NCBI GenBank assembly: GCA_963739455.1
Contig: CAVUAK010000001.1
Span: 800,001-864,000 of the forward strand
Direction: 5' to 3'
Length of the DNA: 64,000 bases
From: an uncultured Gemmatimonadales bacterium
Lineage (GTDB): Bacteria; Gemmatimonadota; Gemmatimonadetes; Gemmatimonadales; GWC2-71-9
Part shown: positions 10,431 through 20,485 of the stretch, one piece after another
Numbering within the stretch: the first letter of the stretch is position 1
Layout of the letters: the number at the start of each line of letters is the position of its first letter
Notes under the pieces: generated by a model
Database searches by the model: none
The model's input: the letters and a program-made list of their open reading frames with translations, nothing else
Told to the model about the DNA's origin: nothing
Position numbers and translations under genes: made by a program

Positions 10431-11575
10431 GGCGACAGGTGCTCCAGGAGTGCGCGATAGTCGTCGGGCACGTTGTAGAAGTACGGTGAAACGCGAACGT
10501 GACCCGGCCGCGCATCGGTGATGATCCCCGCCACCGCCAGGCTGCGTACGTCGCGCGCCGGGTCATCGCTCGGCAGCATCACGATCCCGCTCCGCTCCGC
10601 GGCTGTCGCTGCCACCTTTGGCTTGAAGCCCCGTTCGCGCGCCAGTGCCACCAGGTCTTCGGTCAGGGCGGAGGTTTCCTGCCGCACCGCCGCAATGCCG
10701 ATCTCTTCCAGCAACTCGAGCCCGCCGAGCTGCGCGTATACCGGCATCAGCGCCGGCGTGCCGCTCTCCAGCCGCCGCGCATCGTCGTGCAACTCGAGCA
10801 CGTTCGGATCGAAGCGGAACTGCTCCCGGTGACTGAACCACCCCGCCGCCTGCGGTGACAGTGATGGAAGGAGCTCCGCGCGCGCATACATGAACGCGAT
10901 GCCGGTGCCGCCCAGCAGCCACTTGAGGCCGCCGCTGGCATAGAAGTCCACGTCGAGCGCCGCCACATCCACCGGGATCTGCCCCGCCGCCTGGTATCCG
11001 TCGATCAGCGCCAGCGCCCCGCGCTTGTGCGCAATGTCGGCGATGGCCCCGGCGTCCTGGATGTGCCCGCTGGTGAAGAACACGTGACTCGTCGCCACCA
11101 GCGCCGTGCGATCGTCGATGGCCCGTTCGTACAGCTCCAGCGGCACCTTGATGCCGTCGGGGCTCTGCAGCACGACGACTTCGATACCTTTTGGCACCTT
11201 CGCCAGCCACTGGTACGCAATCGTCGGGAAGTCGAGCGACGTCACCACCACCTTCGGGCGACGGCTGTAGTCCAGCGACTCGGCGATGCTGGTCAGGGCG
11301 CTCGAGATGTTCGGGTGCAGCGCGATGGTTCCCGCCGGTGCTCCCACCACTCGGCCGTACCCTGCCCGCAGGTCGGCCAGCGCCTGCCACCAGGTGTCGT
11401 ACCACGCCGACGCGCCCCGCGTCTCCCACTGGTCCAGGTACGTGTTCACCCGCGCCCGCGACCGCCGCGACAGTGCCCCCAGCGAGCAGCTGTTCAGGTA
11501 CACCGAGTGCCGGAAGATCGGGAACTCTTCGCGATACCGTACGGCGAGTGACGTTGCCAGCGGGCGCACGGTCAT
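10427..11575 (-). CDS. Kynureninase-like class V PLP enzyme
   Basis: YLNSCSLG, DFPT, DGYQAAG, GGLKWLLGG, GWFSH, ESGTP. Confidence 0.8.
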   Translation of the reverse strand: MTVRPLATSLAVRYREEFPIFRHSVYLNSCSLGALSRRSRARVNTYLDQWETRGASAWYDTWWQALADLRAGYGRVVGAPAGTIALHPNISSALTSIAESLDYSRRPKVVVTSLDFPTIAYQWLAKVPKGIEVVVLQSPDGIKVPLELYERAIDDRTALVATSHVFFTSGHIQDAGAIADIAHKRGALALIDGYQAAGQIPVDVAALDVDFYASGGLKWLLGGTGIAFMYARAELLPSLSPQAAGWFSHREQFRFDPNVLELHDDARRLESGTPALMPVYAQLGGLELLEEIGIAAVRQETSALTEDLVALARERGFKPKVAATAAERSGIVMLPSDDPARDVRSLAVAGIITDARPGHVRVSPYFYNVPDDYRALLEHLSP

Positions 11576-11610
11576 AGGGTGCCAAATATACTGCGTTATC
11601 TTGTTTGCTC

Positions 11611-11917
11611 ATGGCCGCCACACAGGGTGCTCCACACGAGGGCTGGGAGGGTCGCTACCCCGGCAGTTGGCCCGCCCTTACCGCCACGCTCGCGCTTCGC
11701 GGCCTGGTCAATCCCCGTCTCGCCATCGACCTGCTGCGGACTGCCTGGGCCTTTCGCCGCCGCCGCTGGCTCACCCGCTTTCCCTTTCTTCCCCTGCCCG
11801 ACGAGACCTATCTCCGCTGGCGCATGTACACCGCCTATGGAGACGAAGCCGCTGTTCCCCCAGCTGAGGACGTCGATCCGTTTCGCCCGTTGGCGCCGGG
11901 AGACGATGCACCTGTAG
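11611..11917 (+). CDS. Small hypothetical protein (one frameshift near 11875)
   Basis: PFLPLPDETYLRWRMYTAYG continues in another frame as IRFARWRRETMHL-stop. Confidence 0.6.
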
Positions 11918-11919
11918 GG

Positions 11920-11948
11920 CCGACTGCCGACTGCCGACTGTCGACTAT
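11920..11948. repeat. Heptamer tandem array (CCGACTG)n
   Basis: CCGACTG CCGACTG CCGACTG TCGACTA; related arrays at about 8550, 15135 and 25265. Confidence 0.8.
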
Positions 11949-11958
11949 TTTCCAGATC

Positions 11959-13264
11959 ATGGCTAACAAGCTTCCCAACGTGGTAATCGTGGGCGCCGGC
12001 TTCGGCGGCATGTACGCTGCCCGCGAACTGGGCGCGACGCCCGTCTGCGTCACCGTCATCGACCGGCACAACCACCACCTGTTCCAGCCGATGCTCTACC
12101 AGGTGGCCGGCGCCGCCCTCAATCCGTCCGACATCGCCGCGCCGATTCGCAGCACCCTTCGGCGGGAGCCCAACACCGAGGTCATCCTGGCCGACGTCGA
12201 CCGGATCCTGCCGGCGGAGAAGAAGATACTGTTGACCGATGGTAGTAGCATGCAGTACGACTACCTGATTCTGGCTCCGGGAATCATCACGTCCTACTAC
12301 GGCAAGGACGAGGCGTGGGCACCACTCGCCCCGGGGCTCAAGACCCTGGACGACGCCCTCGATATCCGGCAGCGCGTGCTCCTCGCCTTCGAGCAGGCTG
12401 AGCGTGAGGCCGACGCCGCCAGGCGTCACGCGCATCTCACGTTCGTGGTGGTTGGCGGCGGCCCTACCGGCGTCGAGATGGCCGCCACAATCGCCGAGCT
12501 GCGGCGATACACCCTGGCGCGCGATTTCAGGCACATCGATCCGCGTGAGGCGACGGTGATGCTGCTCGAGGGCGGGCCCCGCATCCTGCCCACCTATCCC
12601 GAGGAGTCTCAGCGCCAAGGCCAAGGCCAACCTTCGCGGGCTCGGCGTCGAGGTGCGCGAGAACATGCTGGTGAGCAACATCAAGCCTGGCTACATCGAG
12701 GCCGCCGGTTGGACCATTCCCACGCACACGGTGGTGTGGGCAGCCGGCATGCGCGGCTGCCCGCTGCTCGAATCGCTCGGCACGCCGCTCGACCGCATGG
12801 GCCGCGCGATCGTCGAGCCCGACTGCACCATCCCCGGGTTCCCCGAGGTGTTTGTCATTGGTGATGCGGCGCATTTCGAGGATCCCGCGCAGGGCATTCT
12901 TCCCGGCGTGGCACCCACCGCCATGCAGATGGGGCGCTACGTCGCGCGCACCATTGCGGGAGACTTGAAGGGAAGGCCGCGCGCACCATTCAAGTACTTC
13001 GACAAGGGCCAGCTTGCCGTCATCGGCCGCGGCCAGGCAGTGGCCAGCATCTGGAAGTTCCGCTTCTCCGGGATCATTGCCTGGTTCATCTGGGCCTTCG
13101 TGCACATCGCCTTCCTGATCGGGTTCAGGAATCGCGTGCTCGTCATGCTGCAGTGGGCCTGGTCGTACTTCAACTACGAGCGCGGCGCTCGCCTCATCAC
13201 CGGCACCGAGCCGCCGCCCACCACCAGCGCACCCTCTTCGGCGCGTCGCGAAGTCCGCGGATGA
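11959..13264 (+). CDS. ndh: Type II NADH dehydrogenase (frameshift near 12610)
   Basis: GAGFGG, FQPMLYQVA, GGGPTGVE, WAAG, IGD, spread over two frames. Confidence 0.9.
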
Positions 13265-14208
13265 CCACGCCGCCTGCGCCCGTCGTCTCCACCGACGAGC
13301 TCAAGGCGTACGCCCTCTCACTTGGCTTTGTGGCCTGCGGCATCGCCGATCTCTCCCCTACCCCGCACGGCGACGTTCTCGACCGCTGGCTGGCTGCCGG
13401 ATACGGCGGCGTCATGCGCTACATCAATCGGCAGGCGAAGAAGCGGAAGGACCCCAGTCGGATAGATCACCGTGGCAAGTCAGCTGTTGTTATTATCGAT
13501 AGCTACTACTACACGGAAGACCAAGAACAGCAGCGGTTTAAGATTGCACGCTACGCCCGGGGCGAAGACTACCACCTCGTAACCATGCGCCGCCTCGAGC
13601 TCCTGGCCGACTGGCTCATAGCGCACGGTGCCACCTGGGCCCGACCCTTCGCCGATGCTGGTCCCGTCCCCGAGCGCGAACTCGCCCAGCGCGCCGGCCT
13701 GGGGTGGATCGGCAAGAACACCATGCTGCTCCGGCCAGGCGTTGGCTCCTGGTTCGTAATCGGCAGTGTTATCAATGACTTGGCGCTTCCAGCGGATGCT
13801 CCATTCGAGACTGATCACTGTGGTAGTTGCACTCGCTGCCTCGACGCCTGTCCGACCGGTGCTTTTGTAGAGCCAAGGCTCCTCGACGCCACTCGGTGCC
13901 TGTCCTACCAGACAATCGAGCACCGCGGTCCCATCCCAGCCGACATTGCCTCCCGTATGGAGGGATGGATCTTCGGCTGCGACATCTGCAACGAGGTCTG
14001 CCCCTGGAACCAGCGATTCGCTGAGCCGTCCCAGATCGCCGCGTTCGAGCCCCGGAACGCCGTCGACCTGGACGACCCGGACTGCTTCAACCGGCTCTCC
14101 CCGGAGGATTTCGAGGCCCTGTTCGCCGACACCGCGCTCGCCCGGCCCGGGCTCGAGCGCATGCGCCGGAACACCAGGGCAGCCACCACAGGGGCCTCCC
14201 GCCCATAG
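13261..14208 (+). CDS. queG: tRNA epoxyqueuosine reductase
   Basis: YARGEDYH, GLGWIGKN, CGSCTRCLDACPT, GCDICNEVCPWN. Confidence 0.93.
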   Translation: MTTPPAPVVSTDELKAYALSLGFVACGIADLSPTPHGDVLDRWLAAGYGGVMRYINRQAKKRKDPSRIDHRGKSAVVIIDSYYYTEDQEQQRFKIARYARGEDYHLVTMRRLELLADWLIAHGATWARPFADAGPVPERELAQRAGLGWIGKNTMLLRPGVGSWFVIGSVINDLALPADAPFETDHCGSCTRCLDACPTGAFVEPRLLDATRCLSYQTIEHRGPIPADIASRMEGWIFGCDICNEVCPWNQRFAEPSQIAAFEPRNAVDLDDPDCFNRLSPEDFEALFADTALARPGLERMRRNTRAATTGASRP

Positions 14209-14315
14209 TCCTTCGGTAGCCTTGCGCCCGGCCCCGACGGGCGGCAACCTATCCCTCGTAGTCCAAGCTGGAGTGCAGGTACCTCGCTCGACCCACACGA
14301 ACCCAGGAACAACTT

Positions 14316-14582
14316 ATGGATCCGACCAGCCTTCTCATCCAGGCCATCTCCGGTGCTGCCGGCGGCAACATCGGCGGACTGCTCAACAAGGCACGGTCCT
14401 ACGGACCGCTGGCAAACACTGTGATGGGACTCCTGGGTGGTGTGGGCGGAGGGCAGGCGCTCGGCGGCGTGCTCACGGGGCTGCTCGGCGGCAACGCCAT
14501 GCTCGGAAACGTCGCCGCGTCGTTGATCGGCGGTATCCTGATCCCGCTCATTGCCGGTTTCTTCAAGAAGCCTGCGGCATAG
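14316..14582 (+). CDS. Small Gly-rich membrane protein
   Basis: 88 aa, glycine-zipper-like hydrophobic helices, AGGA RBS, followed by a terminator. Confidence 0.8.
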   Translation: MDPTSLLIQAISGAAGGNIGGLLNKARSYGPLANTVMGLLGGVGGGQALGGVLTGLLGGNAMLGNVAASLIGGILIPLIAGFFKKPAA

Positions 14583-14610
14583 GCCACAGTCGAACGTTTT
14601 CAGCTTGAGC

Positions 14611-14646
14611 AAAGCGCGCCGCCCGGATTCGGGGGGCGCGCTTTTG
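14611..14646 (+). terminator. Intrinsic terminator
   Basis: AAAGCGCGCC...GGCGCGCTTTT hairpin. Confidence 0.75.
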
Positions 14647-14691
14647 CATGCGGGGCAGGGAACTGGACGCCGCGAGATCGGTATCTGGGGG

Positions 14692-15153
14692 ATGACCCAC
14701 CACCTGCTCCACACCTCGATGCACCTCTCCCTCCCTCGTCCAGCGGTCTTCGCCTTCTTCGCCGACGCCGCCAACCTCGAGGCAATCACTCCTCCTGAAC
14801 TCCACTTCCATATCTCCACTCCACTCCCCATCGCGATGCAGAAGGGCGCGATCATCGACTACCGCCTCCGTCTCCACGGCATTCCCTTCTCCTGGCGCAC
14901 CAGGATCGCTGAGTGGGAGCCGCCCCTCCGGTTTGTGGATGAGCAGGTTCGTGGCCCGTACGCGCTCTGGGAACACACGCACACCTTTACCAACGCGCCC
15001 GATGGCGGCACCATGGTTCAGGACACGGTGCGCTACCAGCTCCCGTTGGGTTCGCTGGGGGCTTTGGCCCTTTCCCTGGTCACCCGCGACTTGGCTCGGA
15101 TTTTCGGGTATAGGGAGGTGAGAGTCCGACAGCTACTGACCACTGCCGACTGA
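14692..15153 (+). CDS. SRPBCC-family protein
   Basis: FAFFADAANLEAITPP, FVDEQVRGPYALWEHTH. Confidence 0.85.
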   Translation: MTHHLLHTSMHLSLPRPAVFAFFADAANLEAITPPELHFHISTPLPIAMQKGAIIDYRLRLHGIPFSWRTRIAEWEPPLRFVDEQVRGPYALWEHTHTFTNAPDGGTMVQDTVRYQLPLGSLGALALSLVTRDLARIFGYREVRVRQLLTTAD

Positions 15154-15402
15154 CTGACGACAGTCGACTGTCGACTGCCGACTCGGTTCTCTGTGACGGG
15201 AGTCACCAATGACCATGATCGGGTCGGCAATTGGTGATCTGGCGCACTACGCAAATGCCTTGCCTCAATTAGTGTTAGCCCGCCTTCGGCAGCCGCCAAC
15301 TCCGCGCGCGGCAGCCGGATTCGAGGTCGACGCGCAGCAGCGCGGGCTTCGGATCGAAATCTTCAAGGATGCGGACAAGTCGCTGTTAAGGGAGACAATT
15401 GC

Positions 15403-16296
15403 ATGCGTAAGCTGATGCTGGCAGGCCTTCTCATCATGACGGCTGGTTGCGCCAGCCGGAAGGATCTGGAGAAGGCACAGAGTGAGGCGACTTCTCTCGC
15501 CGCCGAGAAGGACAGTCTGTTGAGCGAAGTCCTCGCAACGAGCAAGCTCGTCAGCGACGTCAACAGCGAGCTCGCCAAGGCCAAGGGCCTGGGTGTGAGT
15601 CCGACCACGACGAGCGAGGGCACCACCGCCTCGAGCGCCGCCGAAGATCGTCAGATCCTGCTCGGCAAGATCCGTGAGGCGGTGGCCCGCCTCAACGAGA
15701 GCGAAGCGCAGCTCGAGCGCACCAAGGCCCGCATCGGCTCGCTGGAGCGCAAGGACGCGCGGCTCCTGAAGCAGATCGACGACTTCCAGAAGCAGATCGC
15801 CGAACTGCGTACCAACATCGAGGCGCAGCAGACCACGATCGAGGAGCAGAAGACCACGATCGTTGCCCAGAAGGTCCAGATCGAGCAGCTCGGCGCGCAG
15901 GTCGAGACGGTCACCGTCAAGAACCGCCAGCTCGCCGACAGTGTCACGCTCGTCAGCAACGAGGCCAACAAGGTGTTCCTGGCCATCGGCACCAAGGACT
16001 CGCTCCGTGACAAGGGTGTCATCGTCCAGGAAGGCAAGAAGTTCCTGGTGTTCGGTGGCAAGCAGACCGTCCCGGCGCGTGAGCTCAACCCGGCCGCGTT
16101 CCAGGTGCTCGATGCCCGCACCGACCGCAGCATCACGCTGCCCGAGGGCAAGAAGTACAAGATCGTGTCCCGTCAGGACCCGAAGCTCCTTCAGCCGGGC
16201 CCGGACGATAAGGGCAAGCTCGTTGGCACCCAGACGATCACGTCTCCCGGCGAGTTCTGGGGTGCGTCCAAGTACCTGATCATCGTCGAAGATTGA
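15403..16296 (+). CDS. Lipoprotein with long coiled coil and C-terminal globular domain
   Basis: Lipobox TAGC, heptad-rich middle, AAGGGAG RBS. Confidence 0.8.
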   Translation: MRKLMLAGLLIMTAGCASRKDLEKAQSEATSLAAEKDSLLSEVLATSKLVSDVNSELAKAKGLGVSPTTTSEGTTASSAAEDRQILLGKIREAVARLNESEAQLERTKARIGSLERKDARLLKQIDDFQKQIAELRTNIEAQQTTIEEQKTTIVAQKVQIEQLGAQVETVTVKNRQLADSVTLVSNEANKVFLAIGTKDSLRDKGVIVQEGKKFLVFGGKQTVPARELNPAAFQVLDARTDRSITLPEGKKYKIVSRQDPKLLQPGPDDKGKLVGTQTITSPGEFWGASKYLIIVED

Positions 16297-16910
16297 TCAA
16301 CTTCATGAACGGCACCGCGCAGGCCCGAAGCTGGGCCTGCGCGGTGTTTTTCTTGTCGGTCATCGTTGCCGCTCCCGCGTGGGCCCAGGCCCCGTCGGTT
16401 GAGCAGCAGGTGGCCGGCGCACTCCTCATCGCGCCCGATTCCATGCGGGCCGGCGCGCGGGTGCTGGGATGGCAGGGCGGGGAACTGGTCGAGATCCGGA
16501 AGGGCACCAACGAACTCACCTGCCTGGCGGACGATCCATCAACAGAGCGTTTCCAGGTGGCGTGCTACCAGCAGTCGCTCGAGCCGTTCATGGCGCGGGG
16601 CAGGGAACTGCATAAGCTGAAACTGTCCCACACGCAGGTGGACAGTGCTCGTCTCGCGGACATCAAGGCGGGCCGGTGGAGCATGCCCTCGAGCCCAGCG
16701 GCGCTCTACAACATGGTGGCGCCGAAGGACAGCATCGATGCGGCCACTGGCCTTCCGCGCGGCAATGGCACCCGCTGGTATGTCGTCTACATGCCGTATG
16801 CGACTGTGGCTTCGTCCGGCTTCTCCACTGCGGCGGATGGTTCGGGAAGGCCGTGGCTCATGAATCCCGGCGAACCGTGGGCGCATCTCATGGTGACGCC
16901 GAAGAGCTGA
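16293..16910 (+). CDS. Secreted hypothetical protein
   Basis: Signal peptide ending APAWA-Q, Cys pair CLAD..ACY, C-terminal PWLMNPGEPWAHLM; start uncertain (16293, 16305 or 16344). Confidence 0.75.
   Translation: MINFMNGTAQARSWACAVFFLSVIVAAPAWAQAPSVEQQVAGALLIAPDSMRAGARVLGWQGGELVEIRKGTNELTCLADDPSTERFQVACYQQSLEPFMARGRELHKLKLSHTQVDSARLADIKAGRWSMPSSPAALYNMVAPKDSIDAATGLPRGNGTRWYVVYMPYATVASSGFSTAADGSGRPWLMNPGEPWAHLMVTPKS
16313..16351 (+). terminator. Intrinsic terminator overlapping start of next gene
   Basis: Perfect 14-bp stem CACCGCGCAGGCCC/GGGCCTGCGCGGTG followed by TTTTT. Confidence 0.75.
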
Positions 16911-16931
16911 GCGAACTACCGGAACAGAGCA

Positions 16932-16962
16932 GGCCCCCACGTCAATCGACTGGGGGCTTTTT
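16932..16962 (+). terminator. Intrinsic terminator at convergent gene junction
   Basis: GCCCCCA-GTC..GAC-TGGGGGC then TTTTT. Confidence 0.7.
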
Positions 16963-17127
16963 CGCAGCCGGGGTTTCACAACGATGCGCTTTGATCCAGT
17001 CCGCGAAGTACCGCACCGAATTCCCGTACACCGTCACGCCGCACAGCCTGCACGTCACCGCATGCGTGTGCCCCTGCGCGGCCTCCGCACTCTCCGGGGC
17101 CACCGGGCGGATATCCGTGTTCTTCAT
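16942..17127 (-). CDS. Small putative zinc-binding protein (61 aa)
   Basis: ATGA overlap with the DoxX stop; CxxC-x18-HxC. Confidence 0.55.
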   Translation of the reverse strand: MKNTDIRPVAPESAEAAQGHTHAVTCRLCGVTVYGNSVRYFADWIKAHRCETPAAKKPPVD

Positions 17128-17696
17128 CGTGGCCATTGGCGCCAGTCCGCGACGATCAATCCCGTCAGCAGCAGCCCGGCTGCGAGCGCGCTCGCCGCAC
17201 TCACCCACGCCACCCGCACCACCCCGAGTCCCACCAGCACCACTCCGGCAATCGCCAGCCACGTGAACTGGGAACTGAACTCCCCCACCGATGGCCCGGC
17301 ATTCTCTCCCGCACCTCCATCGATCAGCGGCAGCAGCTTCGCCCGGTCATGCCACACCAGCACCAGCGTCATCAGCAGGAACACCCCGACAGCGTAGGGT
17401 GTGCCCCGCCAGTGGAGCGCCGTGGTGATCACGATGATGCTCATCAGCATCGGCACCAGCATCAACGCCCCGATCGTCGCGAACCGTCGCGTCAGTAGCA
17501 GCAGGCCGGCGCCCACCTCCGATACCGCGATGAATCGCGCGAAGAGCGCCAGCCCGTGCGGCGCGAGCCGGTACTCCAGGTCGGCTGGTCCCATCGAGTT
17601 CGGAAACCCCGGAATGAGCTTCGCCAGCCCCGAGAACACGAACAGCAGCCCGAGGAACCAGCGCAGACCGACGATCAGGAGTGACGGCTTACCCAT
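17124..17696 (-). CDS. DoxX-family membrane protein
   Basis: [25 protein letters not shown]. Confidence 0.8.
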   Translation of the reverse strand: MGKPSLLIVGLRWFLGLLFVFSGLAKLIPGFPNSMGPADLEYRLAPHGLALFARFIAVSEVGAGLLLLTRRFATIGALMLVPMLMSIIVITTALHWRGTPYAVGVFLLMTLVLVWHDRAKLLPLIDGGAGENAGPSVGEFSSQFTWLAIAGVVLVGLGVVRVAWVSAASALAAGLLLTGLIVADWRQWPR

Positions 17697-18084
17697 CGGC
17701 TCTCTTCCGCATCTCCGCCACACGCGCCTTCGCGATCCGCTTCACCAGCGCCAGCGGCGGTGCCTTGTCCAATGGAAACTGGATCGTCCCCTTCGAGGTC
17801 TTGTACTTGTTGATGTCGGCACCGATGGCCCGCCGCGCTCCCGCTGTCAGCGGATAAACCGAGGTGTGGTTCTTCCACGCCGCGTACCAGAGCAGCATCC
17901 GTCCGTTGAGCTTGAAGGACGGAATTCCGTAGCTCACCCCGTGCACCGCCTCCGGCGCAGCGGCACGAATGGCCGCGCCGATCTTCTTCAGGTCCCGTCG
18001 AGCACCTGGCGGCAACGCCGCGAAGTAGGCCCGGAGTCGCACCTTGTCCCGTTGCGCGTCAGCCCCTGGTCTCTTGATGGGCAT
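17689..18084 (-). CDS. DUF1801 (YdhG-like) protein
   Basis: [38 protein letters not shown]. Confidence 0.85.
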   Translation of the reverse strand: MPIKRPGADAQRDKVRLRAYFAALPPGARRDLKKIGAAIRAAAPEAVHGVSYGIPSFKLNGRMLLWYAAWKNHTSVYPLTAGARRAIGADINKYKTSKGTIQFPLDKAPPLALVKRIAKARVAEMRKRADG

Positions 18085-18179
18085 GGACTCATTCCTTCCT
18101 CGGCAACACTCCATGGGCTCAGAGGCCGAAACTTACACCGTTTATCGGCAAACTATACTATGACATTCTGTGCCAGTAA

Positions 18180-18225
18180 GTAAATGTATACGTTGACATT
18201 TACAATCCTAATGTAATAGTATAAT
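18180..18225 (+). promoter_or_regulatory. Sigma70-like promoter elements with overlapping inverted repeats
   Basis: TTGACA 18193-18198 and TATAAT 18220-18225 (21-nt spacer, atypical); dyads GTAAATGT-N8-ACATTTAC and TTACA-N7-TGTAA. Confidence 0.55.
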
Positions 18226-18289
18226 ATGACTTACAGTTGCCGTAGCCGCCTGCCTCATCGGCAGTTAAACTACTGGAGAATATGACGTT

Positions 18290-18757
18290 ATGCCTGTCAT
18301 GTCAAAGCTCGCACTTCGCCAGCTCGATCAAATCTACGATCGAATCAGGAAGCTCGACATATCTCCCCCCCGTACAGGATGGCTCCGCTCCATGCGGGGC
18401 GCCCTGGGCATGTCCATGCACCAGCTTGGCAACCGGATGGGATTGCCCCGTCAGACCGTCGACGCCCTCGAAAAGCGTGAGGCCAATGGCACCGTGACGC
18501 TCAACACCCTGCGCCAAGCCGCCAATGCCCTCGACGCCGACCTGGTCTACGCCATCGTGCCTCGGCAATCACTCTCTCGTACAATCGAGGCGCAAGCCCG
18601 CCGGAAGGCTCTCGCCGAGCTGCGGCGAATTGCTCACACCATGCACCTGGAAGATCAGGCAGTCGGCGAAAGGGAAGCAGCCCTTCAATTGAAGGAAAGA
18701 ACGAACGAGCTGCTGCAGACACGGCCACGCTCGCTGTGGGACGCCGAACAGGAATGA
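18290..18757 (+). CDS. Mobile mystery protein A (XRE HTH)
   Basis: PPRTGWLRSMRGALGMS..QL, VTLNTLRQAANALDADLVYAIVP, TMHLEDQ, SLWD. Confidence 0.88.
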   Translation: MPVMSKLALRQLDQIYDRIRKLDISPPRTGWLRSMRGALGMSMHQLGNRMGLPRQTVDALEKREANGTVTLNTLRQAANALDADLVYAIVPRQSLSRTIEAQARRKALAELRRIAHTMHLEDQAVGEREAALQLKERTNELLQTRPRSLWDAEQE

Positions 18758-18767
18758 GCCGGCTCGC

Positions 18768-19358
18768 ATGACGGAAGAGTCAATTCACCATCCCGGCGCC
18801 GATGGAGCCACCCTCCTCGATGCCGGCGATCTCGACGACCTGATCCCCCCACACATCACGACGCGGCGGGAACTGAACGAGTGGGAGCAGGCAAACATCT
18901 TTGCCGCCCTGCCTTGGCTTGGCCGCTCCAGGAACATCTTCACCGACCACTTTGTGCGGTCCCTGCACGCCCGAATGTTCGGGCAGACCTGGAAGTGGGC
19001 CGGACAGTTTCGGCGCGCCAATACCAACATCGGGGCCCACTGGGAACAAGTCCCGATTCTGGTCCGGCAGCTCCTCGCCGACACCGAGCACTGGATCGCG
19101 CACACCACTTACAGCCACGACGAGATCGGCGCCCGCTTTCATCATCGGCTCGTGACAATCCATCCCTTTCCCAACGGCAACGGGCGCCACGGCAGGTTGA
19201 TGACTGATCAGTTGATGCGGTACCTGGGCGATCCGCTTTTTACCTGGGGCTCCGGGTCCCTGGACGCCGCCGGTACCGCTCGCACCCACTACCTCGAAGC
19301 GTTGAGGGCCGCCGACCTCGGGGACCATGCCGCGCTGCTCGCGTTCGTGCGAACGTAG
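18768..19358 (+). CDS. Mobile mystery protein B (Fic domain)
   Basis: GATLLD..LNEWEQANI, WKWAGQFR, HPFPNGNGRHGR. Confidence 0.9.
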   Translation: MTEESIHHPGADGATLLDAGDLDDLIPPHITTRRELNEWEQANIFAALPWLGRSRNIFTDHFVRSLHARMFGQTWKWAGQFRRANTNIGAHWEQVPILVRQLLADTEHWIAHTTYSHDEIGARFHHRLVTIHPFPNGNGRHGRLMTDQLMRYLGDPLFTWGSGSLDAAGTARTHYLEALRAADLGDHAALLAFVRT

Positions 19359-19469
19359 CCCAACCCCCACTACGCCCACCCGCCTTACCCGCCCTCAATG
19401 AGCCGTTAGGGGCCAAGACTGCGCCCTGTATATCAGAGCCACCACGTCTTCCCCCATCAGGAGTAGGCC

Positions 19470-20402
19470 ATGACCCGTTCACCCGCCTTGCATGCTGCCG
19501 TCGCAGCGGCGCTGTTCCTCGCCGCCTGCGGGGGTGACGACAACAGCCCGCCGCCGAGCGAGAACACGACCCAGGACTACATCACCGCCGTATCCGCCAC
19601 CGTGGGAGCTGCGTCGGCACGGACCGGTCTGCCCCGGTTCGTCGATGGGATCAAGCTCAAGCCCCAGACCGTGCAGCGCTTCTCGCTGGTAATGCCTCCC
19701 GTAACGGCGGTCTACTACCCGGGCACGCCGCCCGCCTCCAGCGGCGGATTGACCGCCCAGGCCACACCCAACAGCACACCGCTGTTGGGCCAGCCGTTCC
19801 GCTACCTCGTGGCGGCATCAGGCGCCTTCACCATCGTCTACCTGGCCGTCGACGACCTGGACGGATACTGGCAACTGACCCTCCCGTCCGGCGTGGACCA
19901 GCTCGAGCTGGTGATCACCCTGGCCAATACGCCACCATCCACCGATTTCCAGTTGCGGTCGATCCTGGGCTATGAGGGAGGCGTGAGCCAGCCGATCACC
20001 CTGCGGGTGCAGCCGGGCGACCTCTCCCAGTCGGACATCGCGGCGACGCTCCGGTGGACCGGCGCCAGCGACGTCGACCTGCACATCATCGACGGCAAGG
20101 GTCAGGAGGTCGCCTGGGACAGCCCGACGACCCCGGAAGGCGGGCGACTCGACCTCGATTCCAACCCCGCCTGCGAGATCGACAACGTCAACCAGGAAAT
20201 CATCTCGTGGCCGGCTGGCGGGGCTCCCGCAGGTGGCTATCGCGTCTTCGTGCAGTACTACGATGACTGCGGTATTCCGTCGAGCGCCTACAACGTGACG
20301 CTGGCCGTCAAGAACCGCGCGGTGCAGACATTCTCCGGAACGTTCACCGGAGCTGGCGGTCCGGCAGTCGCGGACACCGTCGCAAGAATTACCTGGCCGT
20401 AA
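19470..20402 (+). CDS. Lipoprotein with C-terminal YfaP/DUF2135-like domain
   Basis: Lipobox LAAC; LRWTGASDVDLHIID..GGRLDLDSN. Confidence 0.75.
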   Translation: MTRSPALHAAVAAALFLAACGGDDNSPPPSENTTQDYITAVSATVGAASARTGLPRFVDGIKLKPQTVQRFSLVMPPVTAVYYPGTPPASSGGLTAQATPNSTPLLGQPFRYLVAASGAFTIVYLAVDDLDGYWQLTLPSGVDQLELVITLANTPPSTDFQLRSILGYEGGVSQPITLRVQPGDLSQSDIAATLRWTGASDVDLHIIDGKGQEVAWDSPTTPEGGRLDLDSNPACEIDNVNQEIISWPAGGAPAGGYRVFVQYYDDCGIPSSAYNVTLAVKNRAVQTFSGTFTGAGGPAVADTVARITWP

Positions 20403-20485
20403 CAGGCAACGATCACGGCGGTAGAATGTCAGGGGCGGCAGGCGCAGTGCCTGCCGCCCCGTGCCATTGGCGCTAGCTTTCCCCC

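Noticed and set aside
11605..12864. Hypothetical-Ndh fusion
   Set aside because: The frameshift near 11875 bypasses the stop at 11917 and reads through a heptamer array.
15240..15254. Sigma54 promoter (TGGCGC...GC)
   Set aside because: GG to GC spacing is 2 nt too short for -24/-12.
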